A DNA stretch of 64,000 nucleotides from the human T2T-CHM13v2.0 reference genome, Homo sapiens: NCBI RefSeq assembly GCF_009914755.1, contig NC_060933.1, one strand, 5' to 3'. Shown in pieces: positions 54,219 through 64,000 of this stretch (position 1 is its first letter; each line of letters starts with the position of its first letter). The translations under genes and the position numbers were made by a program. The notes beneath the pieces were generated by a model that worked only from the letters and a program-made list of their open reading frames with translations, was not told the DNA's origin and ran no database searches.

Positions 54219-55688
54219 TCAGAAATGAACGGGTGGAGCCTGTTTTAGGAAGTCTTCTCTGACAGGGTAAGGCTGTGTTGCTTTTGCCTGTCTCCAGCAG
54301 CCTAGTATATAGTAAGTTCAATAAAAAATAAAAAGCACATGTCTGAAAAGTAACTTAATTACATTTACTCTGACATTCCCTATTAAATATTTTTCCCCAG
54401 AGCAAAATGACTGCAAGAACCTGGGAAAATAATTGTATTTTTCAGTGACCTAATGCACTAAGCTTTGTATCATCTCCTCTCTGGATCTGCACAGCCAAAT
54501 GCGATGTTCAAGAATTTTTTTCCTTAATAAGAGAGCTGGTGGCAGGGGGAGAAATAATGATTTTAATGAGAGGTAAGGAAAAGAAAAAGGCTGTGGTGCT
54601 TCTGAAATATGGATGACTCATAGATGCTTGGAAGCAGGACAAGGAAGAAGCAAATGCTATTTCTAATTTTGAAGACCTGGTATCTATTTTATTTATTTAT
54701 TTATTTATTTATTGCCTCCTGATTATTTTGCCCAGAAGAATAGTTAGTTGCTCAAAAGAACTTGGCAGATTCATTGCTGTGTCTATACATATGGCCCCTT
54801 GTTGGGGAGAAGTAGGAGAATGATATCCACATGAAATGTGGGCTCCAGATGTACCAAAGACAGAGTTTCCCAGGTGAGAGAGTCTGGTTGAAGAGAGTTA
54901 GGTAAGATTGTGCGGTGCAATCATTTGGAATTAAAACATATATATTTAACAAGAATCATGAAGAGGGAGAAAAAAGATTCATTCAGAGAACCTGGAAGTT
55001 TCTCATTAACCAAGACATAGTGAAAGATCACACTTAACAAAAGAAACAGAAGAGGAGATAATTTATTAACACAAAATCCAGGGAGACACTGCATGAGCCT
55101 GAGTAGTGCTCACACATTTGGATAAACAAGGATTTTGACAGCACTCTCTGCATTCCTCTAACCTGGAAACTGCTTAGTGGCTCATCAACATGGCACTGCC
55201 CATGTTGCTGTGAAGATGCTTCTCTCTCCCTGTTTCTTGGGATTCTTGAGCCCCCATTTCTTTTAAGCTTGGGCGACCATCTTTTAGGGTTGAAATTGTA
55301 CTTAATTTGCCACATTAGCTCTGTTGTGCAGTTTTTTGAAAAATTTATTATTAAAACGACTCAGAAAAATATTTTTAAAAACTAAATGTGAGATTACCCA
55401 TAATCCTTGTACTATAAAACAATTACTTTCAATGCTCCATTTTCTCTTCTGAACAATGACCATATGCACACATATTCTTCAGAGTTCTAAACATAGGATA
55501 TAACAAGTTTGCATTATGCTTTTAAAAGAACTTATTTTCTAACAAACTATTTTAATATTTCTAAAAATATTATTTTCTAAATATTTTATTTATTAACTTT
55601 AGTTGCCTAATACTATCACCTATTGTTTTTGTTATAATTGACTTGACTACTCCCAAACTGTGGTTGTTTAATTTTTTAAATATTATAA

Positions 55689-56040
<352 letters not shown>

Positions 56041-56993
56041 ATGTATAGCATTTTAAAATATTTTTATTTCTTTGAGATATACATTGCAATGAGTGAAATT
56101 ACCTGGTCAAAGGATACAACTGTTCTGATGACTTGTGATGTGTAAAATGACCCATAAAAAGGGTGAAAGCCATTCCCAATGCCACCAAAGATACTGCAAT
56201 GCCTAGAAGGCTTCTATTTTTGCCAACTGTTTTATAATTATTCATTTTTCCTGTTTTAAATATTGTAATTTGTATTTATTGAATTAGCAAGCCTATTTTT
56301 CCATGTTTGTTTTACCTATCTCCTTTTGAATGAATCATATAATGACTTTTTTGCATATTTATTTATGCATATCAGACACAATGAAGCTTTTTTTTGAAAA
56401 ACTGCTAACCCTTTTGCTAACATGTTATGTTTCTCCCTTTTTATGTTTTCTTTGTTTTGTTATATTTTATTATATAAAAGTTTGAAGTTTTACACAGCTA
56501 TACTTATTTTGATTATTGTACATTTTTCTACTGTTTCAGGCATTAGAACATATTGATTATGGGGATAAATATTTTGTGTCCAGTGTTATATCTTTAAAAA
56601 ATAGTGAACCCTTCAGTCCATTTTGAACTTCTGTGCCAAAGAGTGTAACTATGTTAATTTTTCTTCACTGAAACTCTTAATTTCATCTCAATATTTCAGA
56701 GACTCCTTAGTCAATAAAAAGCTACCTCCATATTAGAGTGACCTGCATTTCTTTGTAGTAATTTAGGTTTTTATTTAAAATCTTTAAAGGTTTTATTTAA
56801 AATATTGGTAATTTTTAAAAAACATTGTGAGAACAAACACCATGTAAAACCAGTAACAACGAAAGCAAACATTTGTAGGTCAGAGTTAGCCTGTGAGTAG
56901 TCAGACTGTCTTCTGATCTACACAGCTTTACTGCTACTACGGTGACCCTTCAGTGTTAGAATTTTTCATTATGAATCAGCTAATTCCTGATGA

Positions 56994-57431
<438 letters not shown>

Positions 57432-58169
57432 AACACTCTTTTTAAAAACATCCGAGCCTCCTCCTGTTCAAAGTATTCAAAATAGATATAACACCATAGC
57501 AGACTAACTACCTACTCTATCTCTTAACAGAAAGAAAGAGTCAGTACTATAAGTAGAGAATGGAATTTATACTTTTTTTAAATAAAAAATTGTCTTCATT
57601 TAAAAAATTCATACTGTTCCTCAGACAGTGGCTTAGGAATTTGTAATTAACAAAAATGTCTGGAAGATATTTTTTCCTTGAGAATGTTTCTAAAGCATGA
57701 GAGAATATACACCAAAGCTAAATTGAATTTGCTGAGGCCATATTTTTTTCTCTGTTTCAAAAAGAGTGTCTAGTGGTCTGGGGATTGCAACATATGGTAC
57801 AGAGCAGACATAATCCAATTAACATAGGATTCATAACAACATATTGTGACTGATCTCTATAGCCTCAGAGCATATTGGTTTGCGTTATCGGTTTAATCTA
57901 AATATTGTCACCTGTTTCTCAAGATGAGCCAAAGGTGGAACATGGCTTAAAACTGTCTCGTCTAACATATCTGTTTCATTGCAATGCATAGAACCAAAGA
58001 GGTGGAGGCTGCTTGTTCTTTGACAAGCAATTTACCTCTTTGGGCTTCAGTTTCATCATTTATGAAAACTGAGGCTTGATTTGATGACATGGTTAAGACT
58101 ATAATAAATAATTTGTAACAGGTAGATATAGGAGCTATAAAAATAAGATAAATGCAGAGAGGTAGAAAT

Positions 58170-58395
58170 AAAGCTCAGGATTTGGGGTCAGAAAGCCTGG
58201 TTCAAATCCATGCTTTGCCACTTACCAGCTGGGCGACTTTGGAGAAGATGCTAGATCTCTACATGGCATCATCTGTAATGCTGAAATAATGGCACCAGAC
58301 TCACAGTGTTGTTATGATGATTAAATGATATGTATAACAAAGGTTATATCAAAAGTTATGGGACAATTGCTCAATAAATGTTTATTATCATCATC
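58170..58395 (+). mobile_element. MIR
   Basis: ggttcaaatcc..gccacttaccagctg.gcgactttgg.. catctgtaa.. gctcaataaatg. Further MIRs are seen near 1270-1480, 2640-2880, 33780-33960, 44120-44370 and 48620-48850. Confidence 0.75.
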
Positions 58396-61160
58396 CCAAG
58401 AAACTGTATAGAACTAGATTTGTTGGCAACTGGCAATTAACTGACAGGAAAAACAAAGCATTCCGATTTGGGAATAAATGTGATTCTTTTAACCCAAATA
58501 TCCAGTTAGATCTTTCAAGTGCTAAATCCAGATACAGGCTCTCAGTTCAAGGTCATTGCCACAAAGCCTTAGGTAACTATCTTGAGTAGATTTATTGAAC
58601 AATTAGCTTGTAAATTCCAGCCACTCCAGAAACTGAAACACATTTCCTCTCTTTGTTAAATGTGAGCATGTAATCCAATATGTTTCAAGCCCTTGGTCAT
58701 AATTTTAAAATTTCCATATTTTAATGTGCACATTGCAGGGTGTATAAATAATGCCTCTCTTTAATGACAATAATGTCCTCTTGGCTAGCATGACATGTGC
58801 TCACTTCCTCCATGTAAAATTCCTCCACAAAAAGTTAAATAGGTTGGGCTGGAATGAGAGATTTTGTTTTAAAAATTCTCCAGTTCTCAGGTCAGAAAGT
58901 CTGTTGTCCCCTCTGCAAATGAAGGAGTGGTGAGGACCTTGAAATTGTTCCCATTGTTTTCTCTCTGGGCTTGGACATGGGCTGTACACTAATGTCCAGT
59001 TAATTTTAGAGTGGGTGTAGCTAAGAACTAAGTAAGTGTTCAAAAGCAACCAGTAAGCCTCATGTCTCCTTTACATATTGATCTTGTAGAAGGGGAAGAA
59101 GGGGGAAGGGAAGGGAATTAGTTGAATGAAAGTGGAATTGTGCTCCAGGTGTGTTGCATGCCTTTTTGAATCCTCAAAATAACCCTGGGGTGGATCCTCT
59201 TTAATTAGGTGGAAAGACACAGAGAGGCTAAGTAAATTATTCATGCTCACACAGCTAAAAAGAAGTGAGTGTGATAACAACCCAGTTGCAACTGAATCCA
59301 AACCCAGGTGTGTCTGAATCTTTGAACATTACATAACCCTGATCACCACAGGGTTGGGAGCGTTTATCACAGTTTTTAGGGTTGAACAGGAATTGAAGGG
59401 GTAAGGATTCCTATTTTTGTGGTTTCTAAGTAATCTATTAAATACAAAAGTATATGGTAGGGTACCTTGATAGATGGGTTCCCTACAAGTGATTAAATTT
59501 GTGGACTTTTTTTTTTTTTTTCTATTTTGGTCAAGACCAGTTGCCAGCTTCTTCCAAATAAAATAGCAGTAAATCTCCTTGAAACAGATCTTCCATGTCC
59601 TGAAAAAAGTTACCTGAGTGGTATCTCTTGGCTAAGCAAGTGTAGGGAGAGTATGTTTCATTGTTCTGCTGTTTTGAGAGCCTTAAGCATCTTATATGGG
59701 AAGTGGTTCTCTGTGAGAAAGAGGATTGGTATGGAGGCACAGATGCTGGGACAAGTCCTAGCCCTGCTCTTCTGAGGACAGTTCATGCTCTGAGAACTCA
59801 CAATAGTATGTGGGACACCTCAGGGAGCTGGTAACATTTGGGGTACAGGCAGTGATGTATTTACTGGTAAACAAATTCTCCAAAACAAAACAAAAACAAC
59901 TAAAAGCTTTTGTTCTTTTCTCACCATGGCTGATCTAAAGCTACCAACATGACATAAATGCGTGGGAAGAGACACATGCATTCTGGATCTCCCCTGGAAC
60001 CACAGGCTCCGGCTCACCCAATGGTGGAGATCTGTTAGTGTGTGAGGACTTCTGCACTGAATGTTCCACTAGGGAAAAGGCTTCCTGGAATGAGAGAGCT
60101 CTCAGTTTCTCTTCTAGGCCTCAGATCTGATTTTCAAAATCAGCATAGCTGGTGTAGCTAGCATCCACCTCTGCTGTGGAGACACAATTGTCAGTCTCTG
60201 CATCTGTGAGCAACAGACATAATGCCACTTTGGCATCCTAGGGAGATTCCACTGCAGCCTGACTCTACTGCCTCTCCTCCGTAGGACAACTAACTAAATG
60301 TCTCATTGTCTCCACCTGGGGGTAGGGACCAGTGTCGGAGGTGAGAGCACTTTCTGGGAGAACACTTTGCTTGCCCTATTTAGCTGGAGGTCCCCTTCAT
60401 TGAAATTAATGCTGGTGTGGGCTGCCAACCCTGGAAACCCACTGCTAATGAGGATGATGGCTGAGCTGGGCACTTAGTCCAGGCTTAGCATTTCCTATAA
60501 GAGCCCTGAAGCTAGTTTCTGTTCAGGAGCTGGAGCAACAAGTCAGGAGGAGGCCAAATGAACTCCTACCCCTCAAACATGCACAGCGATTTCTGGATGC
60601 ATTGTGGGGAATGGGGCTGCAATCTGCCGAAGGAAAAGATGGGATTCTGTCCCCTAAGAAAAGTGATTACGAGATGCCCAGCAAAGACAAATATATTTGT
60701 CCCTGTTGCTACAATAGGAAGTTAACAATCTGGCAAGATATCTGAACACAAGCAAATGAAAACAGTTCACCTAACACCCATGCAAATTATAAATTTCCTC
60801 CCATATACAAAATGATGAGAAATAACAGCAAAAATGTATACTTTCTTATTTTTGAACTTTTAAAGTTCTAGTTTGGTCTTTGAATCAAAACAAAGTAAAA
60901 GATGTTTATAAAAGCCATTTCCTTTTCTTTCCCCACTATGCTCATTTGACTTGCTCTTCCCCCTATAGGGTACCCTGAGTCATTCAGAGAAGGAGAATTA
61001 ATAGCACTGAGTTGGTGATGAAGCTCCTGTTAGGACATATGGCTTCACAAAAAGAAATACTTCCAGATAAGTCAGAGAGACAGTTGGACGTCTTGAGCAA
61101 ATCTTGAAAGAGATAGGGAAGAAAGCAGAAGTTGTTGGGTGGTGCTTGTAAGAAAAAGGC

Positions 61161-61673
61161 TCATACGATGAGGACCAGCTTCTTGTGGATCTCCAGGTCT
61201 CTGACCACAGCACTGAATTCCTCAAAGGATATCTTCCCATCGCCATCCTTGTCCAGGATGATGATGGTTTTGTCGACCAGCTGCTGGAGCTGCCAGTCCG
61301 TCAGGTTGTTGCCCACCATCATCTTCAGCACCTGGAAGAGCTCCCCGTTGGAAATGTAGCCATCTTTATCCATGTCGTAAATGCTGAACGCAAACCTCAA
61401 CTTCTGCTCCTCGTCGCCCTTGACGCTGAACTGGGAGGTCCCCAGGATGAATTCCTTGAAGTCCACTTCTCCATCACCGTCGGTGTCGAAGACGTCGATC
61501 ACTCGCCGCACCAACGGGTTGTGGCGCAGCTCCGGCAGGGACATGAACTCCTCCACGCTCAGAGACCCTGATTTGTCCAAGTCCAACTTCTTAAACCTCC
61601 TGCCCAGCCTTTTAATTTCATCATTGTCAAAGTGGGAGCACATCTCCGCCGGGTAACTGGCCTCGTTTCCCAT
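61161..61673 (-). CDS. PPP3R2: Calcineurin subunit B type 2 (170 aa; 173 aa from upstream ATG at 61682), intronless retrogene
   Basis: [39 protein letters not shown]...; four EF-hands ([48 protein letters not shown]); N-myristoylation Gly2; no introns. Confidence 0.97.
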   Translation of the reverse strand: MGNEASYPAEMCSHFDNDEIKRLGRRFKKLDLDKSGSLSVEEFMSLPELRHNPLVRRVIDVFDTDGDGEVDFKEFILGTSQFSVKGDEEQKLRFAFSIYDMDKDGYISNGELFQVLKMMVGNNLTDWQLQQLVDKTIIILDKDGDGKISFEEFSAVVRDLEIHKKLVLIV

Positions 61674-61990
61674 TGTGGACATCTGGCAACGGCCACGGCT
61701 CAAAGGGTCGGAGAGGGGAGCAGGGGCGGTGAGCTCGGGCGGGGCTCGTGCCCGGACGGTTGGGCCATGGGGTGGGGGTAGAGGGCTCCCGGGGGCCCTG
61801 GTCGAGCAAAAGGGCAGGGGAGCGGAGGGAGGGGCGGCAGGTCAGAGAGGGAGCGGAGAGAGGAGGGAAAGAAGGAGGGAAAAGGGGGCGGAAGGGGAGG
61901 TGGGTGCTGTCTGGGCAGGAGTATAGGGAGGAGAGAATGGAGCCTGGGGGTGCCCGGGAGAGGCAGAGGTGGAAAGCTGGGCTGCCCCTT
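61400..61990 (-). promoter_or_regulatory. CpG-rich island over the PPP3R2 5' end/promoter
   Basis: High CpG/GC content with GGGGCGG boxes in otherwise AT-rich intron sequence. Confidence 0.75.
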
Positions 61991-64000
61991 CTCTTTTTCC
62001 TTCTCTCAAACTCCTTGTACCTTTCCATGATAACCCCAATTTCCCTGGCAATTATTTTATCTACTTATTTCTTTTTTTTTTTTTCTCTGAGAAAGTAAAC
62101 CCCAAAGGAGAAGGGATCGCACCTGTGTTATTCGCTGCAGTATCCCAGAAGCACAGTGCTTCACAGGCAATATGTGCTTAATAAATATACGCCGAATGAC
62201 TGAACTGCAACCAAGGACACTGTATACTTGCTTTACAGACCTAGTGTAAGGATGAAACAAGGTGACACATCAAGGCATTGATATAGTATGTTTTCCACGA
62301 TTCCCTGGGAGGGGAAGCCGGGATTGACATCCTTCTGTACCTTTTTCAGGACGTAGGATTCAGAGTGTTTGTAAGAGACCAGGCAGATACCGCGCAGAAT
62401 TTCTTACATGGATCACCTACAGGCACTAACATATTCCCGAGGAATATAAACAATGCTGAATTCAGGGCGTTTTTCAAGATGACACAGGTCTCAAGAACAC
62501 AACCTCTGTTACTCTGTTCCCTCTTATCCATCATCTCATGCCCGAGTCACATCTTTGTTGTTGGTGCCTGGCGGCTATTCTGCAGAATACCTTGGGGGAA
62601 GGTCTGCAATGTGCCCAAAGAAGCCTTTTGTGTGTGTTGAGAGTGACAGTCGCCTCTGGATGATCTCACTTTTCTCCTTTTGTTTCAACTAGATTTGTTC
62701 TTTCTGTTGAAGACTAATCTCACATGCTCCCTCTTATTCCTTCTTCCTTTCGGAGCGCATCAATTACTCCAAATGCATAAGAAACAAATGTGGTTCAAGA
62801 GCAAACAGTTCAAAGGGACTTGGGGGAACCTCAGGCCACTACATCAAACTGAAAGATGCAAACACTCCTTCGCTTTAAAAAATGTTGGCAAGTTCTGTGT
62901 TCTATAGTTCAGCCAAAATATCAGTCTAAAGATAACCATGCTGGAACTAGCAAAACTAAGCCACTGATCACCTTATCATTAAGTCTGGCCATTTTACTTT
63001 CCTCTATAAACAAATGATAATCCATGGATATGTTTTAAAGCTGATTATGGGCATTACACAAATGAAACCCCCTTTCCCAATTAGACTGTTATATTGGAAT
63101 GTTTTTTTTGTTTCATTTATTTGCTTGCTTTTCAGTTATTCAGAGAAATGAGCATGGTACAGTTTGCATATAAGCCTATTGAATTTGCAATATTAAGGAT
63201 ACCACCTTAAATTATATTACAAGATGCCTAAAATCAGTGTTGGTCTCTAAATGATACCAACCACTATAGCCTGTGTTCTTTCTAAAGCACAAAGACCTTT
63301 CTGGACTCTCTGGGGGAAATATCCAGGCCCTGCAGGTGCAGTTCTGAAAAAATCAGAAACCTCAGGGGCAAGGACAGAACTCTATCTTTTGGGCATGCAC
63401 TGGGGCTGGGAGCCTCTAGAATTGTGTTATTTCTCTCATCTTGTGTCTTTGACCACAGTGTAGTCCAGTTTCTTGGCTGCAAGTAAAAGAATCTACCTCT
63501 AAGAAGCTTAACATGAAAGATAATTTGTTGGAAGAATCTCACATAATCTAAAGAAGAGCTGAATGATTCAGTCTTAGGAAGGGTGAGGATCCCACTGGGT
63601 TTAAGGAAATATTGGAACCAACGCCTCAGGACCAGTTATGTAATTTGCAGTGTCCTTTGTTTGAAAATGATTGAGAGCTTCAAGATGGCCACAGCAGAAC
63701 ATTAAACCAAGTACGGGACCTTATGAGACTGCATGGGCCACATGCCCATGAAGCTGGCCCTGCAAGGAGTTGGGCCCATTGACCTCTCTGTGCCTTTCAC
63801 CTCTGCTTCTCTTTCCTTCACTCTCTCCTATGGTAAAGCAATTCTTCCACATTGCAGAGGACACAACCACTGACAGATTCCAAGTTAAGACTTTGGGGAT
63901 TTTATCATCAGAAAAGACGGACTTTTCCCTGTTCTAGTTAGATGCCCATAAATCCCATGAACAGGCTCTGATTGGTCTCACTTGGGTTGGGTTCCCACCT

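Noticed and set aside
61132-62098. + strand ORFs overlapping PPP3R2
   Set aside because: Antisense shadows of a GC-rich CDS and promoter.

Overview
Human (primate) genomic DNA, matching the chr9q31 RNF20-GRIN3A-PPP3R2 locus by recognition of the encoded proteins. The + strand carries the complete RNF20 gene (BRE1A, H2B-K120 E3 ubiquitin ligase). It has a CpG-island promoter, a non-coding exon 1 and 19 coding exons that I spliced by hand to 2928 nt (975 aa + stop), ending in a C3HC4 RING. The - strand carries the last three exons and ~3.8-kb 3'UTR of GRIN3A (GluN3A), plus the intronless retrogene PPP3R2 (calcineurin B2) nested on the same strand in a GRIN3A intron. The rest is intron/intergenic sequence rich in Alu, L1, L2, MIR and LTR relics. 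The most unusual structure is in RNF20 introns 5/6. A perfectly identical, non-TE 212-bp inverted repeat (9727-9938 / 11738-11949) brackets the frame-shifting 119-nt exon 6. Its upstream arm is followed by iterated templated copies of its own end and an 18-unit GC-rich minisatellite with a CTAAC branch-point-like motif in 17 of the 18 units. A closely spaced inverted Alu pair sits in the loop. Other points of note are an L1 with a ~92-bp target-site duplication, a GC-AG intron, a candidate uORF-bearing 5'UTR cassette exon, a CTCF-motif LTR13, and a decayed vestige of the rodent GluN3A-long splice extension. Repeat subfamily names and boundaries of old repeats are by eye and approximate.
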